A DNA stretch of 64,000 nucleotides, from the NCBI RefSeq assembly GCF_037042905.1, contig NC_087251.1:43960001-44024000 (forward strand). Reading direction: 5' to 3'. The translations under genes and the position numbers were made by a program. Origin of the DNA: Lytechinus pictus (Eukaryota). Below are positions 51,376-63,572 of the stretch, one piece after another (position 1 is the stretch's first letter; every line of letters begins with the position of its first letter). The notes under the pieces were generated by a model. The model had not been told where the DNA came from. It did not search any database and was given only the letters and a program-made list of their open reading frames with translations.

Positions 51376-53154
51376 GTACGTTATCTTGTCCCTATTCTTT
51401 ATTTTCCAATTTAGATTTTGGCTAATTCCATTCTGCCTTTATTTCCCGCTTTTGTTTGCCTTTTTGTCATCTTTAATTTATTTCCCTGTCTTACTAATCA
51501 TGCTAATGTATTTGTATATCGGGGCGAATTGTTCTTTCTCACTTGTTCTTTTTTCCTTCCTTTTCCCGTTATCTTTCCGTTGTCCCTTTTTATGTTTTTT
51601 CTTAGTTTTCTTTTCCCTTTCCCTTCCCTCCCCCCTTTTTTTTTCCCCCGTTTTTTTTTATTTTCCCGGTGAGCTCCGCCAGGGGGGGCAGCTTGCCCCC
51701 CCCCCCCCCCCCGCCTGTTACGCCACTGGAAAACATGCCATGAATAATGTTTCATTACATTCAGCCAACTTTTTTGCTGAATTTATTTGCTTTCTGAAAA
51801 AACAATTCAAGTTTATTCAACCCTATACGGGCTATAGGGCTCCTCAATTTTTGGTTTATGGTAAGAGTCGTCGTACTCGAAGGACTTGAATTTCTTTTCT
51901 AGTAAATTATTAGGCCTACTTTGTACCTCAGTAAAAAAAAAAAAAGCAAATTATGACGGGTCCGTTGACCTGTAATAGATTATCATCTTTAAATATTATT
52001 ATATGGTTACCGCACTTGCTGAATTTATTTTTTCTTTTCAATAACCCTCATCTTGATATGTGAGTGGGTGCATGGAGAGTGAGGTAAAATTAATAGGCAT
52101 TTTTCAATAAAAAAATACAATAAACATAAGTAGGAAATATATCTTTTCAATCACTAGATGGGTGCCAAATAGACTCTTTTTTGTCCACAAATATTGATCA
52201 TGGCCGTTATCTTATTTAGTGGGAGAGGGATACTTGAATATCCCCGTGCCCCTGACCAGGCGCCAGTGCTTCAAGCATCGCTGACTGGTGGTTTTGTTCC
52301 GTGTTTGAGGCTGACAGGTTTATCAATTTCGCTGACATAATTTGAAGGGCGCCAGCTATATATTCAATCTTCTCGTATTATAATTTTAATGCCTTTTTTA
52401 AATCGAAGTTTTGTTTTTATTCATTAGCGTCTTGCAATAGGGACACACCATTAGATACCCCGGGAGGGGGGGGGGGAGTTTGGGTTGATGCAATTTTTTT
52501 CCTTTCTTCTTTGAGCAAAGTTTTTTTTCCGTACTATATTGAGACAATTCTTTTTTTTTGCACCTTTCAGATGATTTGTCAGTGGACCAAGTTTTTTTTT
52601 TTTACTTTGATGGTGAGTCAATTTTTTTTGGTGCTCGTATAGCAAGTCAAGTTTCTTTTGTGGGGGGGGGGGGGCTTCCGCCCCCCCCTTCGGATATCTA
52701 ATGATGCGTCCCTTAAGGGTCATGCCAGCACAAACCACAAGTTGATTTTAAAAAAACATAGAAAACTGAAACGAGTCAGTATACAACTTACACAATTTCA
52801 TTAAAATTGAATGTAAAATAAGAAAGTTATGATATTAAAAGTTTTTCTTGATTTCACCAGGAAGGTGATACAAAATCATGTGATTTTGATTGTTTTAGTG
52901 TTGATATTTTGTCTTTATGTTGTTCTTTAATATTCATCAACCCCCGCCCCCAGTGCCCTTCCCTTGAACCGCACCAGGCGCCATTGTTGGCTTTAAGCAT
53001 TAATTTTAGCTGAAAAAGGCTGACAGGTTGTCTTAATAAAGTTATTTTACACATACTAAGCAATAAGGTGCTACTTCTAAATGTTATGAGCGCTAAAAGT
53101 GCAAAAAAGTGCAACTTGCAAATAAGGTACAACTTTGGATCTTAATGGGTACTT

Positions 53155-53374
53155 CAGGCGCGGATCCAGAGTTGAAATTTTACGGGGTGCATGCTAAAGG
53201 ATCCAGGATTTTTAAAAAGGGGTGGCACATTTTACCCGTTGGAAATTGGCCCCCCCCCCCCAAAAAAAAGGTTTTCACCTATATTTAAGCTCAATTCGTC
53301 TACTTTTATTTTTAATCCTACGGAGGGCTACCACACCTTCAGCCCCCCCCCCCCCCCCTCTGGATCCGCGCCTG
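53155..53374. mobile_element. MITE (5-bp TSD TACTT) inserted in a ~36-bp minisatellite (~53085-53497)
   Basis: TIR CAGGCGCGGATCCAGAG / CTCTGGATCCGCGCCTG. AAATAAGGT(G/A)CAAC units on both sides. Confidence 0.82.
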
Positions 53375-53816
53375 TACTTAAAATGTAAATAAGGTGCAAC
53401 TTTGGACCTTTAAGGATGCTAAAAATGAAAATAAGGTGCAACTTTGGGTCTTTAAGGGTACTAAAAATGCAAATAAGGTGCAACATTTGATCTTTCAGGA
53501 CGATTTTAAGGAGAAGAGAAAAAAAGAAGGAGGAGAAGGATTTGATTTTGATTTATTTCATTTAAACACGGTAAAAAGCCCTCGATCAGCCAATGGCTGG
53601 TGTTCAGAGAGGCCGTGCCATATACAAACAATTACAAAGAATAACAAATCATAACAAAATAAACTAAGTAAAACAAAACATATATACAAAACCAAAGAGG
53701 GGGATGAAACAAAACAGAAACAAAATCAAAGCAGAAAACAAAAACACAATTGTAACAAAAATAAAATAAGTTGGGTAAAAAAGGATAATCAAGATTGCAG
53801 GATTTTTTCGATTTCA

Positions 53817-54041
53817 CACTGTAAAAACTGCGGTGTTAAAACTGACACCAGTTTGTGTTAATAGAGGACCACACCCCGAGGTGTTAAAATTACACCCTAG
53901 AGATTGAACAGAACACCAATGAGTGTAAATGTAACAACCAAAGGTGTTGTAATAACACCTATAGGTGTAAAACTAACACTGGTGTAAAATAACTGGTGTG
54001 GTCCTCTATGTACACCGGTTAACACCACAGTTTTTGCTGTG
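53817..54041. mobile_element. CAC-terminal (CMC-like) MITE, 2-bp TSD CA
   Basis: CACTGTAAAAACTGCGGTGTTAA … TTAACACCACAGTTTTTGCTGTG. Second copy at ~56602-56841. Confidence 0.82.
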
Positions 54042-54457
54042 CAGATTCAATAAATTTAGATTTGATAAAGTGCGAATACGTTCTGCCCATGAATTAAAAT
54101 CAAGTATGGCAAAATATAGGCTTCTATGACGTGAAAAGTCTGTTTTGGGTGTTTTTAAGTTCATCATATTGTTTGAATAGAACTGTGTGGGTAGTATGAT
54201 GCTTAAGACTAATCCTATTACATATAAAATGTGGTAAAAGCTTATTGAGTAACATAAATATTAATACAAGTGCTTGTTTTTTTTTTCATCTGATGACGAT
54301 TGGTTCAGCATTTAATTTGGTGTATAATGCTGAATTTGAATTAAGGGCCCTATTCTGCGTTACAATGAAACGATTAATTTGGGTTTTCTCTGCATTTCTC
54401 CAAATTATGAACAATAAAAAATGACATAGCAGTTTGAGATATAATTATGGTCTCACA

Positions 54458-54612
54458 CACTGGCGGATACAGGGGGGGGGGGCACAGTCAAATTTTTTCG
54501 TGGACGAAATACCCTTAATTTTTGGTTAAACAATTTCTTTTTTTGCTTGTCAAATTTTTCCTCGGGAAAGTGTGCCCCCCCCCCCCTTCGAAAAATCCTG
54601 GATCCACCCCTG
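54458..54612. mobile_element. hAT-like MITE, 8-bp TSD GTCTCAC(A/G)
   Basis: CACTGGCGGATACAGG / CCTGGATCCACCCCTG with flanking duplication. Confidence 0.75.
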
Positions 54613-54789
54613 GTCTCACGCGTTTTAAACAGTAGGCCTATATAGACTTGAAGTAATTTTGCTTTTCATCTTTAGGAATGGTGTCAAAAGACTTAACGAT
54701 GTCAAGCTCAGTCAGTGATTATTTTGGCAAAAAGAAGCTGCAGAAAACTGCTTATCTAATAAAAGAGAGCCAATGGAGTAAATTAGAAA

Positions 54790-54893
54790 GTCAAAAGGGG
54801 CCTAAGCTTTCGATCCTAGCAGAATCTTCGTCGGAGGCAAAAATGCCTCCGACGAAGATTCTGCTAGGATCGAAAGCTTAGGCCCCTTTTGAC
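54790..54893. ncRNA. Perfect inverted repeat (50-bp arms, 4-nt loop) made of two hammerhead-like motifs (54800-54838 minus, 54845-54883 plus)
   Basis: The arms are exact reverse complements. Each contains stem I, a CCGACGA core, stem II, GAAA, palindromic AGCU and UH. Confidence 0.7.
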
Positions 54894-55235
54894 CCAGTGA
54901 TTATTTTGTAAGAAAGAAAAGACAGTCTCCGTTTTATCGAGATATTGTGAGCAAATTAGCAAGTTTTAGGTTTTAGATACGTCCACAAATGAATTATTCA
55001 TAACATTTGCAATATCTTTATGGTTTACAAAATCAGTATTTCCGCATTGAATGCAATTTATTGACTGATTCGACTTTGCCATCAGAGTTCGTAAGAGTTT
55101 CCAAATTTCTGAAGGTTTGCCTTTATTTTTCAATATACAGTAGTTTTAGTAAAATAGTCTCTCTTATATTTGCGAATAACAGTTGTTACATAGTTTCGAG
55201 ATGATTTATACGTATTCCAATCACTCTGTAATTGA

Positions 55236-55837
55236 AGGACAAGTCCACCCCAACAAAAAGTTGATTTGAATAAAAAGAGAAAAATCCAACAAGCATAACA
55301 CTGAAAATTTCATCAAAATCGGATGTAAAATAAGAAAGTTATGACATTTTAAAGTTTCGCTTAATTTCACAAAACATATGCACATCCTGGTCGGTATGCA
55401 AATGAGGAGACTGATGACGTCACCCCTCACTATTTCTTTTGTATTTTATTATATGAAATAGCGAACATTCTATTTTTCTCCTCATTGTCAAGTGATACAA
55501 AGATTAATTCCTCCCTGAACATGTGGAATTATTATTGTTTAAAACTTTAAAACTATATGGTTCAGTCAAGTTGCTCCTTATTGTCAAATCTATGAAAAGT
55601 GAAATATTGTATAATAAAAAATTCAAACAATAAAAAACAAAAGAAATAGTGAGTGATGGACATCATCGACTGACTCACCTAGTTGTGCATATCACTGTTT
55701 TGTGAAAAATAAGCGAAACTTTAAGATGTCATAACTTTCTTATTTTACATCCGATTTTGATGAAATTTTCAGCACTATGCTCGTTTGATTTTTCTCTATT
55801 TATTCAAGTCAGCATTTTCCTTGGGTGGACTTGACCT
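55236..55837. mobile_element. Kolobok-like MITE family D
   Basis: TTGA-AGGACAAGTCCACCC … GGGTGGACTTGACCT-TTAA. Partial copy at ~63255-63572. Confidence 0.85.
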
Positions 55838-56099
55838 TTAAGTTACTCGAGCTTTTGCTATATGTTTGTCCCTTTCTCTCACGAGCATTCTTATTTCATC
55901 ATTCATCCAAGGGGCACCTTCCTTCTAAACGCGCCTGCGTTTTAGGGGAGCATGTTTATCAATAATTTTCCGAAAAGCAGTGTACCATTTACTGTAAGAA
56001 TTTGAAACATCATTCGTACTTAGTGTTTCACACCAAGATTCAGCATATAAATCATTACATAGGCTGTTGAAATTAATGTTTTTCAGGTTTCGAGATTCA

Positions 56100-56339
56100 G
56101 GGTGATTTCAAGTTCAGTGTTGACCTTTTGGTGTTGGTGTTAGGTCAATTTTTACACGATTATAACACCAAAAATAACATGAAGATGGTCCCGAAAAGTC
56201 ATTCACTAGTTGTTAAGATGTCAATCATGTGATCTGGATAAATTTTACAAAATCTGAATTAGTTTTGGAGCTAGGGGAAGCAATCCAAATTTCAACACTA
56301 ACACCAACACCAAGGCCAACACCGGACTTGAAATCACCC
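56100..56339. mobile_element. MITE (TIR GGGTGATTTCAAGT)
   Basis: GGGTGATTTCAAGTTCAGTGTTG / CAACACCGGACTTGAAATCACCC. Confidence 0.8.
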
Positions 56340-56601
56340 ATAGGGTTTTAGTTTGGAGCCTTACATTATTTTATACCAACGGCAGCTACAACCATGTAGT
56401 ATGGTCGCTAAGACTGATTGGTACAAAGTCATTATTTGATGATGACATAAACAAATCAATAATACTACAATAATGTACTAGTTTCAGATGTTATTCTCGT
56501 TGGCTTAGAAATGAATTTTCGTCATCCATACTCGTTTGAAAGATACAATAGTTTCTTTATATGACTGGATGGCTCACTTTTCATAACATCACAGTTTAGG
56601 T

Positions 56602-56841
56602 CACCGATAAAAACTGCGGTGTTAAAACTTACACCAGTTGGTGTTAATAGAGGACCACACCCCGAGGTGTTAAAATTACACCCTAGAGATTGAACACAAC
56701 ACCAAAGAGTGTAAATGTAACCACCAAAGGTGTTGTAATAACACCTATAGGTGTAAAACTAACACCACAAATTTAACACCGGTGTAAAATAACTGGTGTG
56801 GTCCTCTATGTACACCGGTTAACACCACAGTTTTTGCTGTG
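56602..56841. mobile_element. CMC-like MITE, second copy of the 53817 family
   Basis: Near-identical sequence to 53817-54041. Confidence 0.82.
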
Positions 56842-57237
56842 TATAATCTTTGGTTTTTTTAATCTAGATACTTTGAGACATTTTCAAATTCTACAAAACA
56901 ACTCGTTAGTCGTTAAGGCCAATATAAAACGGTTTTAACGCAGAGTCATTCAACGTTACATTTTAGTTCATTAATAACTGAATATCTAATTGAATTCCGT
57001 ATATAAAATACAATACATCCTCCTTGTCTATTTCTATAACTAAACGAATTGTGTTCCATCTACATCGAGCGCGCAGTCATTTATGTTGTCATCCAGTCTG
57101 GTTTCATGCAAAGTGAATACATCGATACTCTGAAGGGTACTTCTTCGAGATTCTTTAAAAGGGAGCAAACTTTAAAATGGCAGATCTTCAAGCCATGATG
57201 CATACTTAAGTTTCTAAATACTGATTTACTAATCCTG

Positions 57238-57474
57238 CACTGCAAAAACTCTGGTGTTGATTTAACACCAGCCCGGAATCTATATATGTCCACACCAGAG
57301 AAGTATTGAAACAACATCAGTTTGGAATCAAACCAATGTTGTTTTAATACTAATTGGTGCTGTATAAACACCTTTCTGGTGTTAGACCAAAACGAAACTG
57401 GTGTTGTCTAACACTTCTCTGGTGTGGACTAGATTCCGGGCTGGTGTTAAATCAACACCGGAGTTTTTGCAGTG
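57238..57474. mobile_element. CACTG-terminal (CMC-like) MITE, 2-bp TSD TG
   Basis: CACTGCAAAAACTCTGGTGTTGATTTAACACCAGCCCGGAATCTA and its reverse complement at the right end. Confidence 0.85.
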
Positions 57475-59665
57475 TGAGGAGGAGGAGATGGAGAAGGAGG
57501 AGATGATAAAAATGAAAAAATGAATCGGTGATGATAAATTATAAGAAAGGAGGACAAAAGAGAGAGAAAGGGAAAAAGAAAAAGAAGAATTTCTTCCTAT
57601 TTTGTTCCCCCGTTTCCTTTCCTTTTCCCCTTCCTATTCTTTTATCCTTCGTTTCATCCGTCTTCTAAATTGGTCGATTCTGTTGGTTAACAGCAGCAAT
57701 GTTGACAAGCGTTTGAGCAGGGCTGTCACATGACACACTGTGACCAATCATAAATAGGATACGTCAGCGGGGATTCCCCTCTGCTGTAAAGCATAGTCTT
57801 TTCACCGAGCTCCATTATAAATGAGTGGGAAAATACTATTGTAGCAGTGGTTATGGAGATGGGGCTTGGTAAGAAGACTATAGGTCTCTCAAATGATCAG
57901 GAAATGAAATTAAAGTGGTATACTGATATGGTCTTATTGTATTGTAAAATTATTGTGGTATACCAAATAATTACCAATGTTGCTTGTTTTATAATATGAA
58001 GCAGGCCTATACTGTTTCATGTAAATGTACTATGTAGGTTATCAATTTAACTCACTTCATAATATTTTTGATTGCAGGATGAACTGCATGATAAAGCTGA
58101 ATACTATCTCTGAGGCTCTAAGCGTGAACAAATTCTTACATTGTATGTCATCATATCAATTTCTCTGTTGTATTCTCTATTTGCCGAATAAATAATGACA
58201 CCAAGTAAATAATATTAATTCATATCTCATAGTGTAGTAAATGTGTAAATTGAAGAATCATTTTAATAGGAAATGATTGAAGGGGGAGAATTAGGAGTTT
58301 AGTTGAATTTTTAAAAGGGGGTTGTATGGAGCCCTCGATTAAAGGACTGGGCTTTTCTAATTCAACTTGACATTTACTTGTCACTTTTCAAACTTTCCTA
58401 CCAAGCTTTCTTGAAAGTTCGATCTATTTGCAATTTCATTTTCATTGATCTATGACACAAATTTACTTGAACTGTTGAGTATTGATGTTATAAAATTGGC
58501 CTGGGTGAGGGTTAAAATGGCACTTGCGACTACGAAAAGTGTTTTATGACTGATTTTGAATCCAGTTTTGAATGTGTGTGTCCTGTGTTAAAAACCAAAC
58601 TCAAATTGATCAAATAGCATTTAGGGTCTGTGCTCAAAGACTGTTAATGTGCAGCGGAGAAAGAGCGAGCTAGCTCGAGCATATGATATACATACACACG
58701 CAACTTCATGTGTACACATGAAGTTGCGCTGATATACCGGTACTAGTATGATACGTAAGTACTACCGTATATACGGTATATATACCGCTGCTTCATCGTG
58801 TTATGATCTGGCGCGCCGATCCCTCGATTAGTACGGTAGATGTTTCGAAATTAATGTTTGACTGATCACTCTCATTTTGCAATTTCGGGACTTCTCCCTC
58901 GACATTAGTTTCTGAATTGCGCAACATCAAAGAAGATGACAGAACGAGGTACGTATCGCATTGATGAGTAATTTTGTTGCGAAAGTGAATGTGTTGGATG
59001 AACTAAGTAAGTAAGGCTGAGCTGAATAGTCAACAAAGTCAAACAATTTTACTGCATCGTGCCGGGCGGATGTGCAGGACCAGTGCTCAGCTCAAGGGCA
59101 AGGGCAGGGGTCTTTATGAATATGATTCGTTGACAGCTGCCTGAGGGAGTGAAAGTGAGAGACTATAATATTCAGTTTTCATTTTAGTAAACAAATCAAC
59201 CTTTTATTAAGTTTTAACGTTAGACTACACTGCCGCAAGCTGCACACCTGCCTGAGCTGAAATGACATTAAATTAACGCCTCCTGAGTCCTGATCATCCA
59301 GTACTAGTAGTAGACCTTGATCATAAATAAATTAAAGAGGCAATTCAATATCAAATTGTTTGTTGATGCCTGATTGTGAAAGTTAAGTTGAACTGGACCT
59401 GGTACTGGTGGAAGTGGAACAGGTTAAACATGGTGAAGATTTGGCGGACCAGAGACTGCCACAGTAAGGCTCCATCGTCGGACTCTTTGATAATTATTGA
59501 TACGTCCAATACCAGAGACGGAGCTTACTAGAATTTTTATTTGGAGCATTCAGATTAGAAAGATTTATGCAAGCAAAGCAGCATGATTTTGTTGATGAAT
59601 GTACAGTGGGCCTGTACTGTGGTGTAAATCTTCAATTGGTAACTAAAGATTCTGTATTATTAATT

Positions 59666-59780
59666 ATGCCTGGGAAGAGGACAAGTCGTAAGCGTAAGAT
59701 TATTAAGACAGAAAATCATGATGATGCTGTTGTGGAAATGAATATTGTAAATGGGCACAGTCAGAGTGAATCTAAAAAGG
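59666..59780 (+). CDS. Possible first coding exon of an unidentified downstream gene (MPGKRTSRKRKIIKTENHDD…SESKK)
   Basis: ATG, a basic NLS-like peptide and a strong donor G|GTAAGT at 59781. CpG-rich region upstream with another donor, GAG|GTACGT, at 58949. No recognisable family. Confidence 0.4.
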
Positions 59781-60410
59781 GTAAGTGTGTTTTGTTGCTA
59801 ATAATGTAGCGATAAAGCATGGTAAAAAAAAGTTACTTTCATGTCTTTGCATGGCATTTTGCCCCTCGTATGCACGCTAGCGTATCTGCGCAATTCTGAT
59901 CAAAGAAGATGCCCAATGATCGCAAACCTTACATGTAGGCCTACATGTATAATATTGCATCTATAATTTTGACAGATATAATTTAAATTTCAGGCATTTC
60001 ACCAAAAAGACCTCCAAATACCGTCTCTCTTTTAAAAACCACTGAATTGTTTGTAAAGTGAATTGATATGCATGCTTTGTGCACCTGTCACCATGTTTTG
60101 AGAAATTAGGCCAAACATTAAAAAATTCACTTATTTTACTTCCAATTTTTATGAAATGTTTGTTGATTTTTTTTGTTTATCCAAAGCGATATTTTGTTGT
60201 GGTCAATATGACCTTTAGGACACACAACTTGGCAATTGTCACTGCAATGGCAAATAAACTTTAGCTGTACTTGGTAACATTAAAATGTGTCTTCAGAAAA
60301 TCACGTTGTAAAAAGTTCAAATGCCAAGGTCTCAAGTTCAAGCTTAGCTGCACTGTTGCAACAAGGGAAAGTGCATGTAGGTGAAACTATATATTAAAGG
60401 GAGACTTAAT

Positions 60411-60720
60411 GGCCCGTATTCTGAAGTCGGGTTTAACTTAAACTCAGGTTTAAAGTTGTGGTTTAAGTATGGACAGCCAATTGTTACATAATCACTAACA
60501 GTAGAGATATCATACGTCAGCTCATTCGGCTCTCATATCATTTATAATTGTGTAGGAAGTATAAATAGATGATTGTCTTCACCATCAATGAATCAGGAAA
60601 GAGCACAGTAAACATAAGAAACATACAACTTAATAAAAATTTTGATACTTTTGGCTTCCCATATTTAAACCACAACTTTAAACCTGAGTTTAAATTAAAC
60701 CCGACTTCAGAATACGGGCC
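60411..60720. mobile_element. PIF/Harbinger-like MITE (AAT TSD)
   Basis: GGCCCGTATTCTGAAGTCGGGTTTAA … TTAAACCCGACTTCAGAATACGGGCC. Confidence 0.88.
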
Positions 60721-61681
60721 AATGTATGTAGCCCTTTCTAGAATATGGGCATTTTCACCACAGATGGACACAGAGGCAAAAAAATCAAATTGATATTCAT
60801 GTCAAATGCTTTATGTTTTTTAATAAAACAAGACCTGAAGTTTCTGAGACAAAATTTTTTTCCGACTCTGGCAGCCATTTTTTATTTCAAAATGGCTGCC
60901 AAAGTATGGATACAAATTAGTGTTGAAAATAGTATATTGATACATATTTTGTTTTGACAGATTTTTAAAGAACAGGTTTGATCATGATGTTTTTGCCTGT
61001 GATTTAGCTTGCTATTATAACACTTTTTAAAATCCCACAGAAAGAAACACCAGTAATTCATTCATCTGATAAAAAAACATTGATGAAGTATGTGATATGG
61101 TATGTAATGTCAGTTACCGAAAACATTAACTTTTTTTTCTCATTTCCTGGAAAAGAGGATATATTATATGAAACTTGGTAGATTTCCTCTCTAGGTAACA
61201 CCCCTCCCTTCTACACCAAAATTAAAGATTACCAATTAACAATGAAGCCATAGGGTACCATTAAATATATGTAATGTCAGTTACCAAGTGGAAAATGTAA
61301 TGTCAGTTACCGAGATGTAATGTCAGTTACCATGATAAAACGTTGGTTACCAATATTGAAATGCAAATATGTGGTCAATTTTATGGTGAAGAAATATTGT
61401 ATACTTGTTATTTAAGTCTTTCACTTTAAAAGTCACACCAGAAGGAGCTTGCTATTGACTTTTAAAAGGTATAGTTCACAAGGAATACTATATGAAATTA
61501 TGAAGGAAGTTGCATTCCCATCGTGCAAAAAAATTACTATGAAATTGTTTTGTACATGAACTTACCAAGTACCTAATTGTTTGTATCAGACAATTTTTTT
61601 TTTTTTTTTTTTTTTTGGGGGGGGGGAAGGGGGTACTTTTCCCAACCTATTGCCTAAATTTGCAACATTTTTTAAGCTTAA

Positions 61682-62264
61682 AGGAGAATGAAACTCTTGG
61701 AGCAAGTTAGCTTTTGTGAAAGCAGAAAAATCAAAGAATAAGATCAACAAAACTTTGAGTAAAATAGGACAAGCAAAAAAAGAGTTATGAGCATTTTAAT
61801 GTCGAGATCACTAATGCTATGGAGATCCTCCCATTGGCAATGCGACCAAGATCTGTGATGTCACACACGTACAACTCTCCCATTTGGACACTGAAAATAT
61901 ACCCCAAAACATCTCTTTTTGCTCATTCTAATCATATGACAAACGATTCATCAATGATATAATGTTGTGAAACCTCTGTACTTGTCATCTCATAAAGAGA
62001 ACACCTCACCTTGTGATAGACTCTATAAAAGTGAGAATATAAGTGAAATAAGTACTAAAGTAATGAGGGAGTTGTACGTGTGTGATATCACAGATCTTGG
62101 TCGCATTGCCGTTGGGAGGATCTACATGGCACTAGTGATCTCAATATTCGAATGCTCATAACTTTCTTATTATTCATTCAATCTTCCTCAAACTTTCAAC
62201 AATATGTTTCTTTGATTTTTCTCTTTGATATGGATTCAGCTGGTTTCAAGGGTTTCATTCTCCT
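61682..62264 (+). mobile_element. Kolobok-like MITE family C, copy 2 (TTAA TSD)
   Basis: Near-identical to 31556-32139. Confidence 0.9.
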
Positions 62265-63254
62265 TTAACATTGTGATGAAGGGGATTTCCAGGGTCCCTT
62301 TTTTAGTTTCTAGGATTCTTTTGAGCATTGCCTCGCTAAAAGTAAATTCCTAGTTTTTATACCTGTTAGTAGTGTGGATGTGTGATACAATTTTGTTTTT
62401 GGTTTACAAGTATAGATGAAAAGTGAAATTTGACAGTTCTGATCAATGTTGCATGGATCTACTAAAACTGGTTTTTTTCTAATTTACAAATAGTTCAGTT
62501 TCAGTTTAGAAGCTGGAGTTTATTTTTTGTTGACAGCTTAAAAAAGAAATTAGCAAAGAAAATGATTAAACAAATTATGAAGAGAATTGAAATCCGACAG
62601 ATATGAACAAGCATTGCTTGCACTGACCAGAATAGAAATCAATAAAACTACATGGCTGCATGCAGGGTTGGCGCGTTTTAAACGGTGTGTTTTAAAACAT
62701 GTTTTAAAACGCGTTTTAAAACACCCGTTTTTTTTACAAAAAAAACGTGTTTTAAAACACCTCATAGACTCGTGTGTTATAAATATGCAGGGATGTGATT
62801 TTACATGAATTTATTTTTTATACTTTTATTTCTTAATTAGTTTATTATTTTCTTCTAACTAAATCTCTTTCTCAACACCACTCTTTTTCTCCTCTCTCTT
62901 TCCCCCCTTATTCTCCCTTTCTCCATTGCTTTGTCATGTTCCTTTCCTCCTGTTCAATTGTGCACATCAATCCATATTTAAGAATATTCTCATTTTAACA
63001 AACATCTGAGTGTTGTGCTCACTTTTAGACAGGGAAAGAAACACTATTTAAAATGAGCTCAAATATGTAATAGTAGTACTTGAATGAAATGGAAGTGTTG
63101 CACAAACATAATAATATTTTGCAAATAGACTGTACATGTATATCTGACATTGTAACCTTGAGGTACACACGAAATTAGGTGAAACTTTGCGCTTCGTAAA
63201 GATGAAGAAAAGTAATTTAATTCAGTATAAGATAATCAGCTAGCAAACCTTTTT

Positions 63255-63572
63255 TTCCTCCCTGAACATGTGTGGAACTACCATTGTTTTAACATTTTTT
63301 GGTTCAGTCAAGTTGGTCATTATTATCAAATCTGTAAAAATTGAAATATTGTATTGTTCAAACAATTAAAAAAAAATAGTGAGGGGCATTATCAACTCTC
63401 TCATTTGCACATCACTGAGTTGTAATAAATGTTTTGTGAAAAATAAGCGAAATTTTAAAATGTTATAACTTTCTTATTTTACATCCGATTTTGATGTAAT
63501 TTTCAGCATTATGCTTGTTTGAATTTTTTCTACTGATTCAAATCAAACATTTTTCTGGGGTGGACTTGACCT
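63255..63572. mobile_element. Truncated Kolobok-like MITE family D
   Basis: Matches the right half of 55236-55837 and ends GGGTGGACTTGACCT-TTAA. Followed by a TTAA-CCCT piggyBac-like start. Confidence 0.75.

Larger units (their letters stand above)
37557..51728. mobile_element. Non-autonomous hAT-like element (~1.5 kb without the insertion) that hosts the LTR retrotransposon
   Basis: TIR CAGCGGCGTAACAGG / CCTGTTACGCCACTG and a perfect 8-bp TSD GAAAACAT at 37549-37556 and 51729-51736. Confidence 0.85.

Noticed and set aside
52233..52330. Possible minus-strand exon splicing to 36996
   Set aside because: Weak donor. The sequence resembles 52950-53030 and a CACTGGCG repeat end, so it is probably repeat-derived.
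31842..62161. Duplicated 64-aa ORF (MKPLYLSSHK…)
   Set aside because: Internal to two copies of the same TTAA MITE, with a GTG start and no transposase motifs.
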